Program-made: the position numbers and the translations under genes
Part shown: one piece after another, positions 46,201-56,797 of the stretch
How positions within the stretch are numbered: position 1 is the first letter of the stretch
Layout: each line of letters starts with the position of its first letter
Notes under the pieces: generated by a model
What the model was told of the DNA's origin: nothing
The model's database searches: none
What the model saw: only the letters and a program-made list of their open reading frames with translations
Source of the DNA: Laetmonice hystrix
Taxonomy: Eukaryota
Length of the DNA stretch: 64,000 nucleotides
Assembly: GCA_965235115.1 (NCBI GenBank)
Contig: OZ249444.1
Location: 20,522,001-20,586,000 of the forward strand
Direction of reading: 5' to 3'

Positions 46201-48867
46201 TATACAATGTCAGAATTATATGGAATTGCGCAGAATCTTTTACACCAGTTTAGGAAAAACTTAAATATTCTGGATATTCTGCACTTACTTCCCTTCTGTA
46301 CCGAGGACACAAGGGTGGCATAAGTGCTAAAAACCACTCCTTCCTTAAAGTCTCCTGGCAAACCAAAAACTCTGAAAGAACACACAATTACACATTAAAG
46401 CATTAGCAGCACGACTATACAATGTAGTTTGTTCTGATCATGTGTGGAAACACTGAATCAAGAGCAAGCGCCGAGAGAAATTACAGCTTATAGTTCAATA
46501 AGGAGCAGCTAATTTGACATAAAGAACATGCCAATGTATTGAGATTATTGTGTAGTGTCATTCTAATATCCCAATCTCACCTGGTCTCCCGATCTAGCTG
46601 TTTACAGCCCTCTATGACCTTGATATAACATCCAAGGTCAGTCAGATCTCTATAATAAATCATAAGGTATGTTAGAGAAAGGCTGGTCTGGTCTTAGGAT
46701 CTCACTTACCACACAGGAACAGAGGAACTACATCATGATAGGCAGAGATCTCTGTAGAACTTTATAAAAGACAATTTGAGGAAAATGTTGACTTCAAGGT
46801 TAAAATCTACCCCCTGGGATTAGGGGAGGGCCTACAACTTTCTACAGAGTAACAACCAAAAATATTGAAGTCCTGGCTCTGATACTGACCTCCTTGCATC
46901 CATGACCAGGTCTGCCGAGATACTGAACCAGATGTGTTTTGTTCGGCCACGAGCAAAGTTGTCAAATATAATACCCGATATCTGGATTTAGAAAATAGCA
47001 TATATCACACTTAGCCATAATAGTGTATTAGTGTAACTACTAACCAGATTCTTGACTTTAACTTGTCTTTAAAATGTGATTTATTACCAAATAAATCTCA
47101 GGGATGTAGAGGCACTGACCTGGCGACCTTTCCCGACCCCTGCTGCATCCCCAATAAAGAAGCCTGCTCGCATCCCATTGGGCAAGATGGTCTGATGGCG
47201 TTGACACTGATAAAAGGAAAGCATGTCAGCCTCTACTCATATTCCAGTGCAGTAACAATAGGCCAATCACTGAACAGGAATCTTTAAAAGACAAGTGATA
47301 TACCCACTGCATAGAGGAATCTGTGCACATAACAGGTAACATACTCACTGCATAGAGGAATCTGTGCACATAACAGGTAACATACTCACTGCATAGAGGA
47401 ATCTGTGCACATAACAGGTAACATACTCACTGCATAGAGGAATCTGTGCACATAACAGGTAACATACTCACTGCATAGAGGAATCTGTGCACATAACAGG
47501 AGACATACTCACTGCATACAGGAATCTGTGCACATAACAGGCAACATGCTCACTGCAGTGCATACAGGAATCTGTGCACATGACAAGTAACATACTCACT
47601 GCATAGAGGAATCTGTGCACATAACAGGTAACATACTCACTGCATAGAGGAATCTGTGCACATAACAGGTAACATACTCACTGCATAGAGGAATCTGTGC
47701 ACATAACAGGTAACATACTCACTGCATAGAGGAATCTGTGCACATAACAGGTAACATACTCACTGCATAGAGGAATCTGTGCACATAACAGGTAACATAC
47801 TCACTGCATATATGATTCCTTCCAGTTGTAACCCACTCAGTTTTCCAGAATCTGTCATTTCCCGTGGCAGTGAGTTGGCCAAAGGGTATTCTGGCTCTGG
47901 CAGCATCACTGACTGATAAAGAGAACACACACTCATGTTTGGGGTGAAGGAGGCATTAAAGTAGGCCTTGTCCCAGATCTCTGGGGTAGTTTAGGATGGA
48001 CACTCTTAAGTACCGGGGTACTCATCCACTATGTTGGATTTCATAAGAAACCCCTAAGTTTCAGTGTATCACATTTAAGGAGAGTGATCTCACTCGTGTC
48101 CCGTTGCGCTCCCAAAATTGAGTTTAGAAAACTGTGCTCCTCCCTAAGGACACCTTTGGGACTAGGATCATTTAGAAAATGGAACATGAAGAGGCATATA
48201 ATGCATATAATTTTTCGTGTGATGCACTGAACTTTAGCTTTTCCTCTCACTTTCACTCTCACCTGTTTTTGGATCCAATCAAACTGTCTATTCAATAACA
48301 ATATGATTTCAAGATAGCAATTGTTTTATATCACTTATGGTAAAAGTTTCACAAATATAATGTAAACATAAAAAGTTTTCACTAACTGCCAGCATGCCAG
48401 CTTCTACAATGTCTCCAGGATGAGGTCTGCAGCCTGTGATGATCTCACGGTGCTCGTAACTGGAAAATACCTCTGTGCTGGAACGAAAAAATAAAAATAA
48501 TAAGGATAGAAAATAGAGCTTCAAAAGTTAGCAAACCAAAATTATGAAATGGTACATTTACACGAGAACTTGCTCACATTTATGATTATATTCAGGGTTT
48601 TACACAAACTCAACACCTTTATAACACTTCTATGACAAGGTAAAATAACATCATAACCTCATCCTAACAACCAAATATCTGCATGAAATAAAAGATTTGT
48701 CTGCTATACCTGTATGTTTCATTTATATCTTCCTGAGCCATCTTTCCTACTTCATCTACCATTGTGTCGACCTGTGGCTTGTGGGATGAAGAAGGGGTGA
48801 CAGCGTGGTCTACTAGCAGAGAGAGACTGGCCTGATCTGACCCTCCAACAGCAGACACAACATCCAT
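37222..48867 (-). CDS. Strawberry-notch (SBNO)-family SF2 helicase-like protein with C-terminal UBZ4-type zinc finger, 1279 aa
   Basis: 31 coding exons (minus strand): 48867-48710, 48477-48387, 47912-47805, 47206-47120, 46981-46890, 46649-46581, 46371-46289, 46095-45977, 45761-45709, 45437-45374, 45182-45092, 44960-44881, 44742-44675, 44463-44353, 44157-44064, 43895-43776, 43628-43537, 42315-42150, 42014-41824, 41623-41538, 41342-41227, 41018-40935, 40666-40532, 40279-40218, 39981-39880, 39728-39552, 39455-39373, 39233-39150, 38966-38861, 38589-38436, 37935-37222 (3840 nt, phases consistent). Motifs [95 protein letters not shown]. It looks divergent from canonical SBNO1/2, so no symbol is given. 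Confidence 0.93.
42470..43172. repeat. 32-bp minisatellite, ~22 units, in an SBNO-like intron
   Basis: Unit ATGTCTGAAAGATTAAAC(GTG/ATA)CCATCCAGGCC. Confidence 0.95.
43206..43455. repeat. ~39-43-bp degenerate tandem repeat, ~6 units
   Basis: Unit TAAACCTAAAAA(A)CCC(C)TCCCCGAGATTGGTCC.TTGATCA. Confidence 0.85.
47300..47810 (-). repeat. 41-bp minisatellite, ~12 units, containing the exon-3 splice donor
   Basis: Plus-strand unit CATACTCACTGCATAGAGGAATCTGTGCACATAACAGGTAA; its last unit overlaps the exon end at 47805. Confidence 0.95.
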
Positions 48868-49437
48868 GGCTATATGGCTACCTGCACAGATAAACACAAT
48901 CCAGTTATTCTATGTAAGATAGAATGGAGTCTTGAGACGGTCGCAGAGGTTCTGGCACTGTCAGAACGTCTGCGACTGTCGCAGGCCACTCACTGTCACA
49001 GAGATGGACTGTCGTGCGACTTCTGCACGACGAATAATCGGAGGGGGGGTCCGAAAGATACGAGCCGCTGGGGGAGGGGGCAATAGTCTGCATGGGGCCC
49101 TTCCCGATAACATTGCAAAAACCTAAGTTGGTCTCGAGCAGGGGGGTCCAAACCCCCTGGACCCCCCCCCCCCCACGCCGGATCCACGCCTATGTGTGTC
49201 TGTGATCCAGGAGTCTGGAAGGTATAACATGTTAGCTAATTTTTACTTTTTAGCAAGTTTAGGGTTAGAGTTACATGTAGGAGCAGACTGAGGGGGAATC
49301 TGGCAGATGAGTCATGTCCAACGCTATTCTGACCAAAATATGACACCCCCTACCTCCCCCCGTAATGTTTTAAGTTCTTGTAGATCTAGTAGTACTAGTA
49401 GGGGGGCAAAAGGAATCAGGCGGTGAGAGGAACCACT

Positions 49438-49597
49438 CAGGGGCCGGTTTTACTAAAGGTCCTTATTTAAGGACGTCGCTAATTTAACATAGAAGTGAAT
49501 GGTTGCTAGGTCGTTATTTTCGACCTAGCAACCCATTCACTTCTATGTTAAATTATCGACGTCCTTAAATAAGGACCTTTAGTAAAATCGGCCCCTG
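49438..49597. repeat. 160-bp near-perfect palindromic MITE (Harbinger-like termini)
   Basis: CAGGGGCCGGTTTTACTAAAGGTCCTTATTTAAGGACGTCG...GCTAGGTCG-ttatttt-CGACCTAGC...CGACGTCCTTAAATAAGGACCTTTAGTAAAATCGGCCCCTG; ~76-bp arms, 7-nt loop. Confidence 0.9.
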
Positions 49598-50189
49598 GTT
49601 AGTTCCAAATCTGGCCTGCTCTGGCGCTCCTCTTGACGTGTGTGAATACGTTTTTGTATTCATGCAGTAGAGGTTCAAGACTAATGTCCACGTAGCTTGA
49701 AATAAAGAGCAAAAGTATGTTTTTTTACCTCAATCTCTAAAATTTCTGTAATAAATTCAGATCTTAAATAAAGATCACAGAAGAGTTACTGAAAGCTTGC
49801 AACGTTAGAAGGTCTAATGAATTCATGAAATGAACTGAAACTGTCCCAATACGAGATTCCAAAAATAACTGTCAAAGGTCACTTGTGTAATCCACGTGGG
49901 TTGGGCAAAAGGAACCGGGCAAGTGGAACCATCACTGGGCATAGACCAGTTCATCTGCCATAAATGTATTCAATGATGTCAACCTTTTTCTCGTTCTAAA
50001 AACCCACACCTAGGATAAGAACACTGAACTCGATGTTTAACTGTCGATCTAATTGCATATTCTGCGATAACTTACTTATGTAGAGCCAATGGTGTATACA
50101 GGATCCGGCCGCCAACAGCAAACGGCCGCCAACAACAAACGGCTGCCAACTTTATTTCTTCCGTTCTCTTTCTCTCCCTCTCTCTCTTA

Positions 50190-51688
50190 CGGCCGGTTGC
50201 AAGGACGTATTTAACCTCGAGGTTAACCCAGTCTGTGGGTTAACTCGTTAACCTGGGTTGCAAGAACGTAAAAATTCTCAGGGTTAACCCGTTCTCTGGG
50301 TTAAAGTTAACCCTGCTACCCTAGTAGGTTTAAGCCACATAAACATGGAGGCCGTGAGTGTCGACTGCCTCTGAATACTTGCCTGTCACCACGCCTACGA
50401 GTCATCTACACGTTTCAAGTTCCGTTTCTAACTTGCTGAGATACCGTTCCTACAGCCTGACCCATTTTGCCATCTCTTTGCTGACTAAATAAGAGGCCAC
50501 AAAGACGTGAATGGAGCCTTGTCTATGACATAGCAGTCCAACGTCACAGTCAGCCTGACCTATTAATTGTGACGTCACAGTAAAGAACACGTCAGAATTG
50601 ATATCTCCGTACATTACCGCAAGATGCCGCTTGATTGTGGCTGGCGAGTTTATCCTAAACAGCCAAATGCAGCACCATTTTTATTGCAAGTTGGTTGCAT
50701 TTGTACTACCGTATTTTTTTCTTACTGATTTAAATATGTCAGGTAAAGCAATTTTCCTTCTATTTTAAAGGTCAAAACCACCATTACTAATTAGGTTGTA
50801 TGGAAAATACAGATTACGATGGAGTGATGTGGAACGAAATTGACTGACCAGGGTGTAAAATTAGCGGTGCGGCATGCGGCATGCCGCATTATTTTTGCTC
50901 CGGGCGCATCCACATAATGACCCTATGCGCCCGCCGGGCACATTGGATGATTTGCCGTCTTGTGCCAGCGATGACCTTCTGGGCAAGCCACACGTGTGTC
51001 ACAGCAGTCCGCAGACTGTGTACCCTGCCTTCCCTATGCATGGAATGGGATGATCCATCCAGAGCGCAGTGATTGATTATTCCATTCCACACTGGGGGTG
51101 GACACTGTGGACATGTTCGACCCCAGCCAAGCTGTTCGTCACTGGCAGAAGGCTGGGTCAAGGTGTCTGCAGCTTACCAGTGAGAGCCGCAGCCCTGTTG
51201 TCACTGACTACTAGCAGGGCCGTACCCTGGCCCAAATCCGTTGGGGGGGGGGGGCAGTAGACCTGCCATGTGATAGCACGTCATTGCGCCGGTCGAGCTG
51301 GCCCAGGGTGTGCGTTAAAAAAACACAAAAAACTGGAAATCCCAGAGGAGGGGGGGGGGGGAGCATGAGGTTATGACTCATCCACCTTTTTGTCTGCATT
51401 ACACATGCACAAATTATTGTTTAGAAAAATGTGTTTTTACATGGGGGGGGGGGGGTTCGCCACTGTCACTATGGCGCACTTTAAAATGATCCGGGCGCAC
51501 TGAATTAAATCCGGGCGCATTGGACAGGGGGCCTCTGCGCCCGGAGGGCGCACTCTGTCTCGCCCCTAATTTTACACCCTGCTGACTTAACCCAGTGATT
51601 TTGAGTTAACCCAGAGACGAGGTTAAACCAAAGAGTGGCTTAAGCCGTTCTGGAGGTTAACTCTCACCACTGTTCTTGCAACCGGCCA
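50190..51688. mobile_element. PIF/Harbinger-like MITE (TTA TSD)
   Basis: TTA|CGGCCGGTTGCAAGGAC ... GTTCTTGCAACCGGCCA|TTA; many GGTTAACC subterminal motifs. Confidence 0.75.
50849..51581. mobile_element. hAT-like MITE with 5-bp TSD, innermost layer of the nest
   Basis: CTGAC|CAGGGTGTAAAATTAG ... CTAATTTTACACCCTG|CTGAC; perfect 16-bp TIR. Confidence 0.8.
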
Positions 51689-53671
51689 TTAAGAGCCTAT
51701 ACTATAGCCCTAGGCAGTTAAGGTTAAGGTTTGGCCTAGGGTTAGTGTCGTCCATAGGTTATTGCCTCGGTCCATTGCCTCTCGGCAGCCGTTTACTATC
51801 GGCGGCCGTTTGCTGTCTGCGGCCGGATCCTGCTACATGGCAGGAACTAGCTAATGCCGAGTAATGGCGACTTAAGTGGTTCCCTCTTCCCCAGTAAGGT
51901 GCGCCACCACTACCAAATGGTAGGCCTAACTAACCTGTAACTAGACTACGGTACCACTTCATTTATCGCCCAGACTAAGCCGAGAAGTAACCCTAAATTT
52001 CTTTGCCTCTCCTTTACCAGCCATCAGAGAATTGCATAAAGATACTCTAACCTACCCTCCGCTTGGGCTTGGTCTTGGGGTTACGGATGTGGGAGATTTT
52101 TTTAAATTTCAAGGTAGAATACCATTCGATTCATTCATTCATTGCAAAGAGGTTTGAGCACAGATTACCACATACACGGTCAAGCCTTCCAAACCGAGGT
52201 TGGGGAATTCCCTTCACAGTAATGTCAAAATCTAAATTCTGGGCATGGTAAGTTTCGTTTCGGATGTGATTTCAACCTAAGAATTCGCTAGAGACCGTTC
52301 CGGTTGGTCGAAACGGTACTGGATCGCGACTTTAGCGTCAACCACTGTCCAGGCATTTCCTAACCCAAATGACGTCACTAACTTCGCTTTTCCCGCCTCA
52401 TGTTTAGACCGCCCTATGCAACGCCAGACCATTATGTTACACGTTCTAGGCCTATGGCCAGACAAACTAGCTGTGATGTTGGTAAGGTTTAGGCCTACAT
52501 GAGATGGGGCCGAATGGAGTTCTTTATAATTCCGCATGATTGCATTGGAGTGAAACCGCTCAGAACTGTCCTGACGTTCTGTGACTGCCTGCATGTATTG
52601 TAGGCCTAGGCCTACTTCAGCAAATGGACGGATAACCGCGTTCTAACATTGACTGCGCAGATTTATGAGGAATAGGCAAACGCGCGGTACGCAAAAATCA
52701 CAGCAGACCACCTTCACAGTTGACGTCATGGCAAGGAATATCATGCAGTGGGGGGTCCAGGATCCAGGAAGGGGGGGGGGGCAACTAAAAAAAAATTTAG
52801 CCTCGCTATAAGCTCTGCATGATTTTATTGTAATCATGGCCATTTTGGGCCCCATTTGGTCTATTTCAATGCTGCATGACCCAGACTTATGTTGCTCCTG
52901 GATGACTTATAGGAGGCCCTATTGGGCCCGATGTCCTACTTTCACGTACAATAGCCTATAGGCCTATAGGAGGCTTTTTTTACAGAATTTTGTTGGAATA
53001 CTGGTTTCAGGGTCCGAATAATGCATCTTCTTACAAAAAAGCGGGGAAAAGGAAAATTTAAGGGACCTTAATGCTATGGACCGTGACGATCGAGTTCAGG
53101 CAGCGCGGGGTGTAGATCTACACTGTAGCCGGGTTTTGTAGCAATGTTGGTCGTTCAGACATTAGGCTATAGGCCTATACACCTCGATAGGCCTCGGCTA
53201 ATAATAATTAGGCCTATATAGCCTAGGCCTAGGTAAGCCTAGGTATAGGACTAGTTCTTTGATATAGGCCTACAATAGGGCCTACTCATTAGTAGGGTTA
53301 TAGGCCTATAGCCTAATGCTACATTCGCCTCGGCCTGCGCGCCATCTGTTAGACGCCATCGACATCTTAAAGGAACACTCTTCTCCTGCATATTGAGTTA
53401 TCAGATGTTAACTTGATACTACTATATAGAGTCCGTCTATACCATATTCATATTTTTAGACTGCACTTGTAATTAATGATTATCAATCAAAAACGGGACT
53501 TAGTAGTTGATAGTCTTTCCGCTATCTTGCAAAAAGGACGCATGCTGACGCCTTGCGGAAATCTACAGAACTATAGCTGCCACCTGGTAGTGACGTCATG
53601 AAGGGACAGCAACTTTGGTAGGCCTAGGCCTACAGCGTCGACTGAAGGCGCCGTAGACTAGCTAAACTTAC

Positions 53672-53830
53672 CGCGAGTTCGGCCCACAACAAGGAGTATT
53701 CCAGGACTTTGTGCGGCAGTGGGGTTGTAACAACCGAAAGGTTAAGAATTTGGGTCAACAAAGGAGCTTTCATGCTTTCCCGTCTAAAATAAAACGACCG
53801 GCTGTATAATTCTGAAGAGGTGGCTGCACA
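53672..53830 (-). other. Candidate non-coding first exon / promoter region of the SBNO-like gene
   Basis: Strong minus-strand donor CGCG|GTAAGTTT at 53672/53671, followed by TAGGCCTA clusters. The first coding exon has an acceptor at 48881, upstream of gccATGG, so an upstream exon is required. The 5' boundary is a guess. Confidence 0.35.
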
Positions 53831-56797
53831 ACATGCGTCGAGGTAGGCCTAAGCTAAAGTGGATTTGTTCCAGCAGCGAACCACCTGCTGTGCTCAGACT
53901 ATTAATATTATTCTACCCGCATAGTGTGAATGTCTTGATTTTTTTTTCTCTCACTAACTAAACTTGTCAGTCTTAAACTTCTACCTAACTGATTAGGCCT
54001 AGACTGCGTTTCTACTGTGACTACTCTAGAGAGTGCAGTCTAGTGACTAGTCTAGGCCCCGTACTAGGCAGTGACATATTTAGTAAATTGGCTGAAGGAG
54101 GGGGCAAACGGCCCAATATACCACCAATAAATTATTTACACTTTAAAAATTCTGAGGGGGGGGGGCGAACGGCCCAATATACCATCAATTTACACTTTAA
54201 AAATTCTGAGGGGAGGGGGAGTATTTACCAAAGACCGGTTTTCCGAGACAACCCGTGGGGGTGACCGGCCTGTAGCAGGCCTACTGTAGCAAGCCGCCCC
54301 TGCCAACCCCGTCGCCAAGCTGCACGCCGGGCTCAGGCACTGAGTGAGCCGAGGAAAGACACCCATACCAAGGCCATTGGGGGGGGGGGATCCAGGATTT
54401 TGCATTTTGCAAGGGGGAGGGGGGGGGGGGTTGATGCAAAACCACTTCTGGCTCTAGCAAGGTACGCCGTAGTCTGGCATAGACACACTGCAAAATGATA
54501 ACCCTCCGCCAGGCTGGAGTCAGCGGGGGGGGGGGGGGGGGGGACTTAGTCCTACTAGTAGCCTACTGCTACTGCTGCCCCCCCTTTTTTTTTAGGTCCC
54601 TATTTAAAATTTCAGTTCGCCACATGAGCAGACCGCCTACTTGTCAACACTTGTTTAACGAGGGCCGAGGCATATTCAGGGCTGAGTGTGTCCCTTCGTG
54701 ACGTAATCAAAGATGTAGCCAAGTCATTGCTATTATTGCCGCAAGAGGGCGCGCGGTGCGTCAGTGGCGGCGACTATGAATCTGCATTAAAGTTCTTTTT
54801 GGCAATATAATATAAACTGTTTGATGTTAAAAAAATAACATGGGTTGTAGAATTATGCCTTCTTCAATTCTATTATATGAATTAGCTCAAGAAAAGCATT
54901 CCTTTAAATTGTGTTTCACAAGCTTTACATGGCTGCGATGACAGCGGGCGCCCTATGGCGAGATATAGCTGAAGCACGTGGCCGCCATGTACCCTTGACC
55001 AGTCCCCAATACTCATGATCTATCAAGGCCATTCTCTATACGACCAATTACCCATATCTGCCAAAGCCCCTGCTATATTAAACGATATAAATTTATAAAT
55101 TATTGCTTGATTTGCTGCGGTGTCCACATAGTTGGGCATCTCGTCCCCAAAGTTCATCAAGATATCTCAAAAACTCACCGAGTTATGAGTATACATTGCC
55201 TTACAACTACCTAATGGAAAAAAACGCCTCATGGAAAAAAAAAACAAAAACAAACAAAAACAAACAAAAAACACGAAAACGGTGAGCATCAGCTCATGCT
55301 CACCCTTGCTCAGCTCAGCTCACCCTTGCTCACGGTGGAAAAGTAAACAAAAAAACGGGCCCTGCCGACTATTTTACCGGGCACCGCGCCCCGTCATGCT
55401 TCACCCAACGCCACCGGGTCAGGCCCCGCACGGGGTCTAATGTCCGCACATTTTCAGCCATCCGGAGGCCTGCTGAAACTATTATTATTGCTGCCTGCCG
55501 CCATCGTCTGGTGGGGAGATGTGGCCATATGCCCTAGGTCGGAGTAGGCCTATCTAGGCCTATAGGCCTGTCTGGTGGTGACATATCGGTATAGGTAAGG
55601 TAAGGATTAAAACCATATAGACTCTATAACAAGTTTAGGCCTACATGATAGTCGTAGGTCCTAAATAGAACCTAAAAGTAGGCCTATGCCTGATGATAGT
55701 GTAGCAGCAGCAGCTGAAGGTCATGCATACAAGTATATAGGCCCCTATAGCATTTAGGCCTATCAAAAATAGCCTTTTATAGTAGACCGAGACTCTCTCT
55801 CCCCCTATAGGTTTACGGTTAGTTCTAAAATTTGACCTATAAACCTATGCATATATCGGGGATAGATCAGTATAGTAGTATTCCTAGAAAGGTATACGTA
55901 GTGTTAAATATGAATTTGTGGCTACATGATGTGCATGGTGAATATATAGGCCGCCTCCGGATGCATTGGTGCGTTACTGTAAACCATTGTAAGACTATAC
56001 ACAAGATAGGGTCCACAGGTCATTCCAAGTCATGGATTGGTACGGCTCAACGTAGGCAAAAGCTGTTTATCTAAGCCCATAACCAACAGTAGGCCTAAGT
56101 GCTGTAGGGGCCTACATCTAATACTTTGTCTACATTGTGTGAAAAGATGCCAAGCTGGACGTGCCCCTCTGGGCCTCATTGTTATGACGAATGTTCATTC
56201 AATAATCTGGACCGAGAGACCTATACATGAGTCACTGTGCATGGGTTCCCCTCCATACATCCTACTTGACATGGATACGAGCAACATATAGGTCAACCTT
56301 TCACCTTAAAGCTACATCACTGAGATAAAATGCTACGTATGACTGATCAAACCACATGGAAAGAATATGAAATCAGTTTCAACTTTGGCAGACAACTACC
56401 ACAATTTTTGTCGCGTGTGACCCCGGCAGAATTTGAGAACAGACAAAAAAAAAGTTTTTTTAAAAAAGTACGGCGGACATGGGGTTCAGTGCTGACAAAT
56501 TGAACCGTTGGGTGGCGCCAGCAGTCTCACTTCGGTCTTCGTAGTGCAGCGCCTAGGTGTAGACTTAGGCTCCCAGACGAAAAGTGAAAAATGGAATTAT
56601 TCTACAGAATTCAATTGACATCGGTTGTAGATTATTGTTCGTCAAAGGCCCAACCAGCAGACACGCAGTATATGCCTTCTGCTAATGCCAACCACCTCTA
56701 ATGGTTGGTTCCCTTAGATCCATGCAGCTTGGCCTGTTGCCACCATCTCCTGTTTTCTATTGTAGCGATCAGGTCGGCGCCGCACGTGACGCGAGCG

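Larger units (their letters stand above)
50091..51834 (+). mobile_element. Non-autonomous host element (copy A) with two nested insertions
   Basis: IR CAGGATCCGGCCGC (50099-50112) / GCGGCCGGATCCTG (51819-51832); repeated AAACGGC(C/T)GCC motifs; (TC)n tract. Same family as 5276-6653. Confidence 0.7.

Noticed and set aside
42470-47810. Regular repeat arrays as possible CRISPR
   Set aside because: The units are contiguous with no unique spacers, they sit in eukaryotic introns, and no cas genes are present.
48905-49093. ORF as an N-terminal extension of the SBNO-like gene
   Set aside because: It ends in a stop before the acceptor at 48881. A Kozak gccATGG at 48867 already gives a complete frame.
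54739-54752. CTCF-like motif CCGCAAGAGGGCGC (also 23020-23033)
   Set aside because: Plausible but short. Such motifs are common in GC-rich MITEs and cannot be supported without ChIP data.
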